Part shown: in pieces, positions 33,844 to 44,216 of the stretch | How the letters are laid out: each line of letters opens with the position of its first letter | Numbering within the stretch: position 1 is the stretch's first letter | From: Williopsis jadinii | Taxonomy: Eukaryota | Length of the DNA stretch: 64,000 nt | Assembly (NCBI GenBank): GCA_024346625.1 | Contig: AP024666.1 | Location: forward strand, 1,984,001 to 2,048,000 | Reading direction: 5' to 3' | The notes under the pieces: generated by a model | The model's database searches: none | Seen by the model: the letters and a program-made list of their open reading frames with translations, nothing else | Told to the model about the DNA's origin: nothing | Translations under genes and position numbers: made by a program

Positions 33844-36015
33844 TTAACGGTTTAGTGATAAATCTCTTTCGGTTTGTTGGTCCAGCTCCTTTTCAGTCTC
33901 CAGATCTTCTTCAACAACGTCCAAGTCCGCTTGTGACTCAACGCCGTCGGGTGCCATTGAGGAGGTTCCATCGTTGTCCAGGACAACGCCGTTTTCCTCA
34001 TTCTTGGCTAAGAGTGCATTCAGAGCACTAGTTGGCTTGCTTCTAAGTTGATCAAACGAGCCAGTTTCAACAACTTTCCCTTCCAACCCAAGAACAATGA
34101 CCCGCGTACTATGCTTGATGGTGCTCACCCTGTGGGCAATGGATATGGTGGTCTTACCCTCAGCGCATCTCTGGTTAAGGGTATGTGCAATGGTCTTCTC
34201 AGACTTAGAATCAAGCGCACTGGTACTCTCATCAAGGATCAAAACCTGTGGATCCAATAACAGCGATCTGGCCAATGCAATTCTCTGTCTCTGACCTCCA
34301 GACAACTGTGTGCCACGAGGTCCAACAATGGTTTGTAGTCCATCTGGGAACTCGTTGATGAAGTTTGCAACGTTAGCTTTATCCAACGCACTCTTCAAAC
34401 CAGAGTCGTTATAGTCCTCTATGCCGTAGGTGATATTCTCCAAAACGGTACCGCTAAACAAGGCAGGCTCTTGCTGAACAACACCAACTTGTTTTCTAAA
34501 CTGTCTCAAGTTGAAATCCTTAATGTTGATGCCGTTAATGTAAATCCCACCTCGAGAAACGTCGTAGAATCTCAGCAACAACGACGTCACAGTAGATTTA
34601 CCAGCACCTGAAGGACCAACTATACAGACGTGTTCACCTGGATGGATCTTGAAGGATAACTGATCAAAGATTTGGATGTTCTGTCTTGTTGGGTATTCGA
34701 AGGAGACATCTCTGAACTCAATGTCCGTCTGGAAGTCTTTGATCGTTGGCTTAATACCAATCGTAGATGGGATAGATGGCTTTCTATCGTTCAGTTCAAA
34801 GATACGTGCAGCTGCACCAGCACCTTTCATCAGCTCCGAGTAAAAATTCGAAAGACCAAACATTGAAGAACCGGTATAGACTGCATACATCATAAATGAA
34901 CTCAAGTCTCCCACTGTCAATGAGCCATCACGGATCATCGACGAACCAATTCCTAAAAGTGCGATGAGTCCAATGTTCGCAATGAACCCAGTTGTTCCAA
35001 AGAAGACACCAGAGGTGGCAGCTTCCTTGAATCCAATTTTGAAAACATTACGGACATTTTCAGCATATTTCCCAACTTCCAACCTTTCACCTCCATAAGC
35101 CTGGATGGTTCTGGTGGCATTCAACTGCTCCTCTGCAACCTTTGTTAAATCACCAATCGACCTCTGTAAGTCCCTCGACAAGTTTCTAATTCTGCGACCA
35201 TAGACAAAGGCCATTGCTCCTAATGGAGGTGCCAACAGTAGCATAATACTGGTCAACTTCCAGCTCACAAGCATCATCATGGTGATACCAACACCACCAC
35301 TGAGAACAGCTCGAATGCCGTCACTGATGTTCTGGGTCACGGATCTCGACACGATTGAGGCATCGGAACTCAACCTCGAGATCAAATCACCAACCCTGTT
35401 GTTGTCCAGAAACGCAGCGTCTTGTTCCAAGCTGGCCTTCAAAGTTCTCGTTCTCAGCCTTGCAACCAGCTTCTCACCAACGGTTCTCAATATAACAACA
35501 CGGCCAGAGTTGGCCAATGCTCCAACGACAAAGACAGCAGTTATTGCCCCAAAGAACTGGCTTAATGACATCCCATAGATCGAGATGCTGTTGCCAGAGT
35601 CCAGCCCAGCATCCAAAAACTTACCAATAACCAACGGAATACACATGGATATCGCGGAGGAGATACACAGCAGCCCCAGGGCACCAAGCATTGGCTTCGT
35701 CTCCGGCTTCGCCAGCTCAAAGAGTCGTTTAATGTCCTGGAACCCCGACGCCTTTGAGTCGTGGGGCGACAGCTTTTCAGTAGGCGTCTGCTTATGCCTT
35801 TCCAAGGTTGTAGAGGCATCAGATGCGGTCGAAGACTGGAATCGACACCACTGCAACGCTGAACCAACCTGAGTCCGTGGTTTAGCGAGCCTCATAGGTG
35901 ATAATTGCGATGATATATGAAGTCCTCTAACGATTCTCCCACGGCTCCAGGGCAGCGGACCGCCACGAGATACACAAGGCGGAAGCTTCACGAAGCACAG
36001 CGGCAGACGTAGCAT
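33844..36015 (-). CDS. MDL1: Mitochondrial inner-membrane half-size ABC transporter (Mdl1/Mdl2)
   Basis: Presequence MLRLPL...; VGDLISRL; Walker A GPSGAGKST; LSGGQRQR; ILDESTSALD; adjacency to a SKG3-like gene as in YLR187W/YLR188W favours MDL1. Confidence 0.85.
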   Translation of the reverse strand: MLRLPLCFVKLPPCVSRGGPLPWSRGRIVRGLHISSQLSPMRLAKPRTQVGSALQWCRFQSSTASDASTTLERHKQTPTEKLSPHDSKASGFQDIKRLFELAKPETKPMLGALGLLCISSAISMCIPLVIGKFLDAGLDSGNSISIYGMSLSQFFGAITAVFVVGALANSGRVVILRTVGEKLVARLRTRTLKASLEQDAAFLDNNRVGDLISRLSSDASIVSRSVTQNISDGIRAVLSGGVGITMMMLVSWKLTSIMLLLAPPLGAMAFVYGRRIRNLSRDLQRSIGDLTKVAEEQLNATRTIQAYGGERLEVGKYAENVRNVFKIGFKEAATSGVFFGTTGFIANIGLIALLGIGSSMIRDGSLTVGDLSSFMMYAVYTGSSMFGLSNFYSELMKGAGAAARIFELNDRKPSIPSTIGIKPTIKDFQTDIEFRDVSFEYPTRQNIQIFDQLSFKIHPGEHVCIVGPSGAGKSTVTSLLLRFYDVSRGGIYINGINIKDFNLRQFRKQVGVVQQEPALFSGTVLENITYGIEDYNDSGLKSALDKANVANFINEFPDGLQTIVGPRGTQLSGGQRQRIALARSLLLDPQVLILDESTSALDSKSEKTIAHTLNQRCAEGKTTISIAHRVSTIKHSTRVIVLGLEGKVVETGSFDQLRSKPTSALNALLAKNEENGVVLDNDGTSSMAPDGVESQADLDVVEEDLETEKELDQQTERDLSLNR

Positions 36016-36560
36016 CCCTAAGCAGTGTGGTATAGCTCTATCAGCTGCTTGCTTCAACAGGTAAAGAGCAAAAGAACAGCGTCAATTGAATGCGTTCCAG
36101 AAGTCGGGTGGGATCAGTTTGTTGTGAACCATCGGCTCGAGGCGTCGGCGTTTAAAGCGGCACACGGAGGTATGAGGGCTTACGTAAGTGGTTATGTAAG
36201 CAGGCATTAGTCCATATCACGTGACTAGTGCCCGGAACACCAAAGACGGGCCAGCCCGTTGGCCTTGGTGTCATAGAGATGGTTCAGTAGTGCTACACCA
36301 AGTTGCCTAGACACAGTACAGGTTGTGCAACCCATTGCAAAGTCATAACAGCCTGTTAAATGCTTACGTGATGAAGATGAGCGATACAGCAATAGGAGCA
36401 TGGCTATGGAAGGGGCTACACGGTTGATCCATAAGCAAATAGGCGGTCGTTCTCATATAAAATGTGTCTGTATTGTATACGATAAGAATAACAGTGGGAT
36501 GCCAAATGTATCAGTGTATGGTTGTATTATTGCGTGAGAATAAGAAGACGGCGACCCAGC

Positions 36561-38339
36561 TCAACGGCTGAATCGAATATGGGATCCAGCATCTTCGTAT
36601 TCATATTCTTCGTCGCCTCCAATTTTCACTTCCTCAACCATTGATCTCAGGTTCTTGTATGTGTCTGTTTTCCATGGTTGTGATGCAACTCTTGAGTTGT
36701 TGGACAACGAAGAGTTGGATCTAACCCTCGGAGTCACAGAGTCATAGTTTGCGAAGTCATCAGTGGATTTTTGAATCCTGTCAATGGCATCCTGTGACAT
36801 TCCAGCTGGTAGATCGTTGACTGATAGAGAATAACGAGGCGACTGCGAATCCGGAGTGCCGAATGAACTGCTCTTGTGGAATGGATGCTCAAACATAGAA
36901 TCCCTTGTAAGTGATTTCTTTATACTTCCATGTCCTTGGTAATTAGAATCTCCTCTGTAAAGGGATTGCAATTGAACGATGAACATCTGGTAATAATCAA
37001 CGTTGTCGTTGGAACAGATCAGTTGCCAATTGTCTCTAATCAAGTTGGTGGCAACTTTTGAACTCAATATGTTCACCTTTGGCAGGCATGGTAATCCAAA
37101 CAACAACGAATTAGAATCCTTCTTATCTGCAATCAGTCTCTGCGGTCTGCCGTACATCTTAAAACAGTCATAGATAGGAATCAAATTTCTAATCATGGTC
37201 TCATACGGTTTAACACCGCCGTGCTTTAGTGGCATAATGTACATTGCAGATTGATGAACAACAACCCCACCCTTGATGTCAGATGAGTTTGAAGCCACTG
37301 ATGCTGTTGAACCAATAGAATCGGTTCTACCATGGCCAGTGTTCTGTTTTTGAGATGCGAATGAACCGATTGACGCAAGTGAAGCAGCTCTTTTCAACCT
37401 CGAGGCAGATTTTAGCTGTACTGGTGAATGTGGTGGCGTAAATTCCGTTGGCGTATCAATATCAAAATCATCTGGTTGATGTCCAAGGTTATATATCTTG
37501 ATATCACCAGAAACCTTGATCAGGGAAGACTCGTCAATCATCTCTGGAACGTGTGGGTAAACAGCGTGGCATGCGTCCATATGAGTGATCGAGCATATCA
37601 AGTTCTTCTTTACGGTTCTCGAGGAGGAATAGAACGTCATCTTACCCTTGGACTTCTTAGAGCTCGGTGTTATAATGACAAAACAACGAAGCCATTGAGA
37701 GTTTTTGTTAAACTTGATATTTACCCACTCCTCCCTGCGATAGTTCAACGGTGCCATTAGCACATGAACATCGGATAGCAACGTGGCCTTTGCAGATAAC
37801 AACGACGCCGTATAAATCTCATTGAATCTTGTATATTCAAAATTTGCCAAGTGAATAGCGGCCAACCACTCTTGTAGCGTGTTCAAGTTATCAAACTTCA
37901 AAAGGTATGAAATTTTATTAGACGTCGATAAGGTGATTGTGAGGTCACCAGGGATGACTTTAACCGCAGCCTCGAGCAAATCCAAACTCACACTTCTCTG
38001 AGTGTTCAGCAGCAAAGAATTACCTCTTATTGCCGCATTCGCCTGTTGGAATTGGGTGTTATCCTGGCCTGCAATAGAGCCTGGACGTTCCGTGCTCACC
38101 ATGACAACGCCTTCGACATATGGTCTCGTGGATTGGCACTTCATCAAAGTCAGCACCGGGCTTATTTTCTCATCAAGAGGTGGAGAGGTCGTGTGTATCG
38201 ACGACTTCGAAGAAGAAACATACGATGCATCTCCTCTATCAGAGTCCGACGCTGTTGATGTCGGGGAGCGATCAGATGAAATGCTGTGTCCAACGTTCAA
38301 CGGTGGTAGCTTCTTCTTCTTCAAAATTGAAAACACCAT
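36561..38339 (-). CDS. SKG3: Skg3/Caf120-like PH-domain protein
   Basis: QEWLAAIHLANFEYT...YTASLLS, EEWVNIKF..WLRCFVII, AVYP, YETMIRNLIPIYDCFKMYGRP..L.ADKKD.NSLLFGLP. Confidence 0.75.
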   Translation of the reverse strand: MVFSILKKKKLPPLNVGHSISSDRSPTSTASDSDRGDASYVSSSKSSIHTTSPPLDEKISPVLTLMKCQSTRPYVEGVVMVSTERPGSIAGQDNTQFQQANAAIRGNSLLLNTQRSVSLDLLEAAVKVIPGDLTITLSTSNKISYLLKFDNLNTLQEWLAAIHLANFEYTRFNEIYTASLLSAKATLLSDVHVLMAPLNYRREEWVNIKFNKNSQWLRCFVIITPSSKKSKGKMTFYSSSRTVKKNLICSITHMDACHAVYPHVPEMIDESSLIKVSGDIKIYNLGHQPDDFDIDTPTEFTPPHSPVQLKSASRLKRAASLASIGSFASQKQNTGHGRTDSIGSTASVASNSSDIKGGVVVHQSAMYIMPLKHGGVKPYETMIRNLIPIYDCFKMYGRPQRLIADKKDSNSLLFGLPCLPKVNILSSKVATNLIRDNWQLICSNDNVDYYQMFIVQLQSLYRGDSNYQGHGSIKKSLTRDSMFEHPFHKSSSFGTPDSQSPRYSLSVNDLPAGMSQDAIDRIQKSTDDFANYDSVTPRVRSNSSLSNNSRVASQPWKTDTYKNLRSMVEEVKIGGDEEYEYEDAGSHIRFSR

Positions 38340-39516
38340 GGCACAAATCGATCAATTTACCAAAATTATAATCTCTTCAGTCCAGCTAAAATCAATGCCA
38401 CCACCTGCTCAGTCGATCTCGCACAAGGGTATGTGAATAAAGAAATTCGGATGTGCAGGGAAGATATAATTTTCGAGAGCCGTTGGCGAGCAAAGTTTTA
38501 TTTTTGTCCCTGGTTGTTCAAGCTCGGTTGTAATCACTGTCAATCTTCGACGCGGTAAATTGGAAAAAACGGTGGATTAGCCGATGACGTTATTATCCCA
38601 ACAAACCGAATTATGTAAGTCGATTCGAGGTATTTAAACTTGATAGCCACCAGCAACAACGCCAATAGTGAGAGAGGGATGATGTGTTGCCAGGCAACGT
38701 CTGTGAAAATAGATCCAATGTCGGAAAAAACACCCACAGAAACCGTTTGAAGAGTTCAAAGGGACTGCAAAAATGGAAGAAGATAAAAGTAAAAAGGGGA
38801 GAGAACAGAACCCTTCATATAATGCAAAAAATAAAGAACTTCTTCTTTACCGTTGCGGCTTTATATAAACTTCCGCGGTTTTCCAAGAAATTTCCCTTTT
38901 TACCCAGAGAGAGAGAAGTGTGTGTATTTAGCCTTTTCCACAAGACCCCCATACACACGCAAATTCTTGGACGAAAAGTTCTTCGTATAACTCTGCCCAC
39001 TTAGAGCTGCGAAAACTGGACATTCCCTATGCTGAGATGTAAAAAAACACCCTTCCGAAATGGGCTTTTAAAGAAGCAAAAGCCCCATCTCAAGGCTGTG
39101 CCAAATCGGAAGATATAAGCAGTCGAATCCTTTTCAAAAACCGCACAGAGGAATAATGGACTGTTGAGCACCCACACTTTGCACCAGCCCTTTTTTTCCC
39201 TCTCCGTAATACATTAAGGTACATGGCAGCAACATTCCCGCATCCGTGAGGACGTACGATGTAGGCTGAGGTCTTCCAAGAACCTGGTCAAGACCAAAGT
39301 TTGGAATTCCCAGAGCGCCCTGATGACGTTTGTTCAATCAGATTATTATCGGGGACGCAGCAGCAGCTATGACGTCAAGATGAGAGGTATAACAACCATA
39401 AATGTGAACTATAAGGTAGTTTGTTGCTTGCGCAAACACCGATGTTGTCGTTTAAAACTTGTCTTTTGCTCCACGAACAAACAGGCTCAGAACACATGGC
39501 ATGAGACTAAAAAAAA

Positions 39517-41190
39517 TTAAGTCCTTTCGTCAGACCCAAAGCTCTTCACCGTAGTTCTGAAACCTCTCTTCACAGCCTCACTAATCTCGGTGTTTTGCAT
39601 GAGCTTCTCCACACTAAGAACGTCAAATCTAGTGATGCCATGGATGTGAAATTTGTACAAACTTGTAAAGAAATCGTTACCATAGTTCCCATCGATTTTA
39701 ACAATCATAGATTTGATCAGCACCTTCTTGAGCCAACTAGGTACTTCAGCATGTTGTATAGCATCATCGTTAAGATCGTAGTGCAACTCCAAGACCTTGG
39801 TGTATTTATCCCCTCTCTGTTCGTTTGCGAATGGGGTGTGTTCTTGTAGGTAGGCATCGTCATCACTTTGCACGCAGACAGACAAGACTTTTGGACATGA
39901 CGTCAACAGAGCACTATTGAATACTCTCTTGTGCTCGTATAGGAACTCATCCATATAGATAGGCTCCAAGAATTTGATGCCAATGGAGCCGTTAATATCT
40001 TCAGTTTTCCAAAACCCATCGTTCTGTGTCAAGACGATGAAGGGAGAGGTAGGGTTGACATCATCCCAATTATCTGGATCTTGATTTTCATAGCCATTGG
40101 CATTGTGGTTATTGGTGGTTGGGCCCGAAGCAGAAAAGACACTTTGAAGCCAAGACTTGGATTTTGTACGTGGTTTAAAAGTCTTAGAGGAGAGGTAGTT
40201 GATGATACGAGCACCGTTTGAAGATTGTGCATAATCCACTTTATCCTGTTTAACATATCCTGAGCTAGAAACCAGCTTTTCTGGTACTTCCTTTGGCCTT
40301 AGGGATCTCGTTGTTAGCTGCTTGATCTCGTCGATCAATTTCCTCTTGTTTTCCTGGAACTGTAGGGAAATCAATTTCAGGATCTCTTCTCTGTTCATAA
40401 ATCCAACTTTGGAATGGATAATCTCCTGCGTGTAATCCGAGATGAAGCCTTGTAGATTGAGCTGGAATTGTCTCTGTACTTCATTCGAAGACAACGAAGA
40501 TTTGATATAGGACTGTAGATAATCCTTGAACTCTGGTAACAGTTGAATGTTCTTATCGTCGTCTATAATCACGGGTATTTTGGATAACTCAACTTGGATG
40601 TTATCCAACGAGAGTGCATTCAACTGAGAGAGCAAAGCTTCATTGGATCTCTTGATATCGTCAACTTGTTGGTCCACTTTCTTAAACTTTGATGAAACTT
40701 CATCCATCTTGAGATCGATGTAGTTCCGCAAGTCCTGAAACTTGGACTTTTGCCTGTTGTTCAACTCATTGATTTGCCATTGCAAGTTATGTATTGATTT
40801 GGTTATATCACCAAAAGTTGAGACGTTCGACACGATCTGGGTGGAAGGATGCGAAATGTTCCACGCAGAACTCCATATAAAGCAATTTACCACCAGGATT
40901 GAGATTCCTAGTGATGTCAACAGCCAGTGTTTCCTCAGCTTGAATATTGATCTCAGCACCAGTTTGAGCAATCGATTAGGAGACTGTTTCATTTGCGGCT
41001 CATAGTTGTCAATATAATCATCGTCATCATCGTCTTCTTCGTCGTAATCTTCTGCCCCATCGTAGTCCTCCTCATCAAAAAGCGTCTCTTTCAAGCTCTC
41101 CTCCTCTTCTCTTTCAGCAGCCAGCTTGTATTCAACGTATTTTGCATTCAGTAGCTTCACATCGAGCTCCGAAGGTAAATCTTCAGACAT
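39517..41190 (-). CDS. MPS3: SUN-domain nuclear envelope/SPB protein
   Basis: Acidic N-terminus, single TM, coiled coil, SUN domain DYAQSSNGARII...YEH...TSCPK...GNYGNDFFTSLYKFHIHG. Confidence 0.88.
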   Translation of the reverse strand: MSEDLPSELDVKLLNAKYVEYKLAAEREEEESLKETLFDEEDYDGAEDYDEEDDDDDDYIDNYEPQMKQSPNRLLKLVLRSIFKLRKHWLLTSLGISILVVNCFIWSSAWNISHPSTQIVSNVSTFGDITKSIHNLQWQINELNNRQKSKFQDLRNYIDLKMDEVSSKFKKVDQQVDDIKRSNEALLSQLNALSLDNIQVELSKIPVIIDDDKNIQLLPEFKDYLQSYIKSSLSSNEVQRQFQLNLQGFISDYTQEIIHSKVGFMNREEILKLISLQFQENKRKLIDEIKQLTTRSLRPKEVPEKLVSSSGYVKQDKVDYAQSSNGARIINYLSSKTFKPRTKSKSWLQSVFSASGPTTNNHNANGYENQDPDNWDDVNPTSPFIVLTQNDGFWKTEDINGSIGIKFLEPIYMDEFLYEHKRVFNSALLTSCPKVLSVCVQSDDDAYLQEHTPFANEQRGDKYTKVLELHYDLNDDAIQHAEVPSWLKKVLIKSMIVKIDGNYGNDFFTSLYKFHIHGITRFDVLSVEKLMQNTEISEAVKRGFRTTVKSFGSDERT

Positions 41191-41239
41191 TTTCTCTCTT
41201 CAGGCTTCAACACGCTATCGAGATGAGGTCCACGTGTTT

Positions 41240-41341
41240 TGTTTACTTTTCAGGGTTTTGTGGCTTTGTTTACTTTACGGTTTTGTGGTTTTAGTTTTGT
41301 TTCGTGTTTTTTCATTGATCTGTGACTATGGAAGAACGCGT
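41240..41341. promoter_or_regulatory. Fkh, MSE and MCB motifs in the MPS3 promoter
   Basis: TGTTTAC at 41240 and 41267; TTTTGTGG (CCACAAAA, Ndt80 MSE-like) at 41256 and 41281; ACGCGT at 41336-41341. Confidence 0.55.
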
Positions 41342-41572
41342 TTTACGGTGATTTCCAAAAATGGCCAACGGTGGTGGTCAGAGTGTTAGCGCAGGTGACA
41401 CACAGTAGTCAGCGGTTAACTAGTACTTCTGGTATAAAGTGGTCAGCGGCTAATTGTTGTTATTCAAAATGGTCAGCGGCTATATCAACAACAACAGAAC
41501 TTTTGACTATATAAGCAGGTGCTCCCCCCAATAAAGGAACAAACGAAGTAGACAAGGAAAAGATCACCAAAA

Positions 41573-41806
41573 CTACACTGATTCCAGCTGTTCTATCTTC
41601 TTCTTTACAGCTTTTATGGCCTCTTTCCTTGTATACGTCTTTGTCTCCCCATCGATCTCAATCTCAATGTCTTCAGATGGGTCGGCCTCTGCCGTTGTCC
41701 AGAACTCCCTACCGTCCCCATCGAGTGGCGCTAAGACCTGTGTTGTAGACGGTGATTCTAAGAACACGAGGATCTGTTGATATTCAGAGAGCTCCTCCTT
41801 ATCCAT
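41573..41806 (-). CDS. Small prefoldin-alpha-like protein (77 aa; 91 aa from the ATG at 41848)
   Basis: EYQQIL.FL / QVLAPL / IEIEID / TRKEAIKAVKKKIEQL resembles the helix-hairpin-hairpin-helix core of prefoldin alpha subunits; good ATG context. Confidence 0.6.
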   Translation of the reverse strand: MDKEELSEYQQILVFLESPSTTQVLAPLDGDGREFWTTAEADPSEDIEIEIDGETKTYTRKEAIKAVKKKIEQLESV

Positions 41807-42007
41807 GGTGTGTTGTTGTTGTTGTTGTTCGGTGGGTTGTGTGCCCATGGCGGTCCTCTCTTTACAAGTGACACTTTCACAGAGGAAAAAAGGCGCTTCT
41901 TCCCAGACTTTTCCCGGGGAGTTTCTGTTTCTATAATGTGGATTTTTTTACAATTTCGAACAAGAAAACTCACCACATAGAGGAAGTGAAAACTAGCTCG
42001 TATAACG

Positions 42008-42955
42008 ATGTTTAGAAATCCAATCAAAAGATCACTCCATACAGTGATTAATGACTCATCAAAGGGTGCCATTCCGCAATCTTGGAAGGATCTACCAACA
42101 AACACCGGCGCCGGGTTGTTCATCGAGTATCCTAAATTTGAACCGTTGGGAACACCTCCAACCTTGCTTCATGTTACACTACCGCCTTCAACTGTGCTCA
42201 ATTGTCGTTCGAGATCCCTAGTCGCTGCAAACGGATCATTGGAGAAGTTATCCTCGAAACTGAGCGTCTTGAACCTTTGGAAGGGGAAACCACTGTTGTA
42301 TAACGAAATAACATCAACTTCACCATTGTCCTTGATTCTTTCCGATAAAAATGGATTCTTACACTTGCCATTGAATGAGAACCAGACTTGGAGCGTTTTG
42401 AATACAGATCATATAACTGGATGGTATGGTGCTCTACAGATCAATAGCCAAATACACGGAGTCCAGGTAACGTGTCAGTCAAGGGGTGATTTAATTTTGA
42501 ATGGTTCAAGACAAGTTTTCACCTTGGAATTGGCTGATGGTGAACAGCTCTTTGTTAACCCTTCAAGTATCGTTGCTTACCAAAGCGAGAATTCCACAAG
42601 TTTCCACAAGCTAAGACTCTTGGACTTGCCAAAGTTTGGCTTGTGGAATACAATAACTTTGAATGCACAGAAGTTGTACGAACGTCTGGTTCCTAAGCAA
42701 GCACTCACCACCACCACCATTGCACCTGAAGCTCAACCTGAAGATGCCAAACTGGTCGAAGTCCACAAACCAAACGTATTTGATAGATTCAAAGCATGGA
42801 TATCGATGGAGTTGGTCAGCTTATTCCTGAAAAACAGACTACTCTACGAGATCAAAGGTCCTGCAAAGGTTATCGTCCAGAACGATTTCAAAACAAACTA
42901 CTCTGACACATTTACAAAAGACCAACTGAACAAGATATACAGAGATATCAAGTAA
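42008..42955 (+). CDS. AIM24: Mitochondrial Aim24 family protein
   Basis: Presequence; KFEPLGTPPTLLHVTLPPS, RGDLILNG..VF.LEL..GEQLFVNPSSIVAY, EIKGPAKVIVQN. Confidence 0.8.
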   Translation: MFRNPIKRSLHTVINDSSKGAIPQSWKDLPTNTGAGLFIEYPKFEPLGTPPTLLHVTLPPSTVLNCRSRSLVAANGSLEKLSSKLSVLNLWKGKPLLYNEITSTSPLSLILSDKNGFLHLPLNENQTWSVLNTDHITGWYGALQINSQIHGVQVTCQSRGDLILNGSRQVFTLELADGEQLFVNPSSIVAYQSENSTSFHKLRLLDLPKFGLWNTITLNAQKLYERLVPKQALTTTTIAPEAQPEDAKLVEVHKPNVFDRFKAWISMELVSLFLKNRLLYEIKGPAKVIVQNDFKTNYSDTFTKDQLNKIYRDIK

Positions 42956-42997
42956 AAATATATATATATAATACACAGTTGATATTCAAAGGGTTCT

Positions 42998-43645
42998 TTA
43001 CACGAATCCACCCAAGGTATACCCCACAATGGCACCCCCATACGCACCACCAACGATAGGTAATGGCCAATTCTGCCATGGTCTATCCCAATCCAATGGG
43101 ATGGCAATGGCACCCAACCAAGCACCAATCGCAATGCTGGCAAAGTACTTGTACAATAACGGCTGGCGTCCAATTCTCAAGGTTGCAACAACGATTGGGA
43201 ATGATAACAACGCCATGTGCGATGCCAAGTACAAAGTCTCCCACGTGTACGTTGTAAAAGGAGCCCCAAACAGAACTAATGCAACGTATAGAGGAACAGT
43301 CAGCATGACACTGGCCAACAACCCTATAAACATGGCACTGTATTCCTTAGCGATGGAGAAACTCAGCTGACGTTGTTTGGACTTGCGTGTTTCATAGATC
43401 GAAGAGTTGAACACAACAACATAGAGCAATTGTGATGAGAGCAACAGCACCAGGTGGAAGTTCAACAGCGGGATAACATTTCTAGGTGAAAGGTCACCTT
43501 TGAATATCGAATAGAAGATATAAATCAGGTGGATTGGAACCAACTTTGGGGAGAACTGTAATTGATACGTTGGATCATCCGTCGTGGGCGATGACTTGAC
43601 ATCGTTGAAGGAGACTGTTTTCTTAGGTAGAGGACGTTTGGACAT
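42998..43645 (-). CDS. GPI11: GPI anchor biosynthesis protein (PIG-F family)
   Basis: KKTVSF, VLFGAP, ASHMALL, GAWLGAIAIPLDWDRPWQNWP. Confidence 0.93.
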   Translation of the reverse strand: MSKRPLPKKTVSFNDVKSSPTTDDPTYQLQFSPKLVPIHLIYIFYSIFKGDLSPRNVIPLLNFHLVLLLSSQLLYVVVFNSSIYETRKSKQRQLSFSIAKEYSAMFIGLLASVMLTVPLYVALVLFGAPFTTYTWETLYLASHMALLSFPIVVATLRIGRQPLLYKYFASIAIGAWLGAIAIPLDWDRPWQNWPLPIVGGAYGGAIVGYTLGGFV

Positions 43646-44216
43646 GGCCTTCTCTCTATATTTAGATCAATGCAATGGGTGTTGCCTTGGAATCACGATC
43701 GAAGCAAAGGAAACCGGGTGGAGAACGAATACCAATTTACGATCGGCTCAAAATGATGGAACAGTCAAAGTTGGAAGGGGAATCCTCCGGTTTGAAAGTT
43801 GACATGATGCCCTACCGAGGTTGTCTGCTGCTGACTAAGCATGTTTTGGGTGTCCGGGTGTTTTGATTTTGTTATAGCCACTGCTCGCCTTGCAAGGGTT
43901 CGTAACCACATGACAATCCCGTCATGCCTTGTTAAGAAGATAAGATGACAAGGTCCAAGATCAACAACGATGGAATCAAATGAGGGATAGCCGACCCTAA
44001 TCAACTCCACGTGTAAACCGTAACGTTGCCATACTATATAAAAGGAGGTATTCCAGCTGGAATATACCTTAAGAACTTGCTGTTAATGGGGTAAGTTGTG
44101 TTGGCCTTTAGGCGAGATGGTATGCTAACAGTAATGCTAAACCTCTGCTATATGCCTCTTTGTCGTATAGCAGAATGCGAAGTTAGTACTTTTAGAAATG
44201 ACTGGAATCATATAAA

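Noticed and set aside
38540..38737. Small hydrophobic ORF upstream of the SKG3-like gene
   Set aside because: GTG start, no ATG, lies in the promoter/leader region
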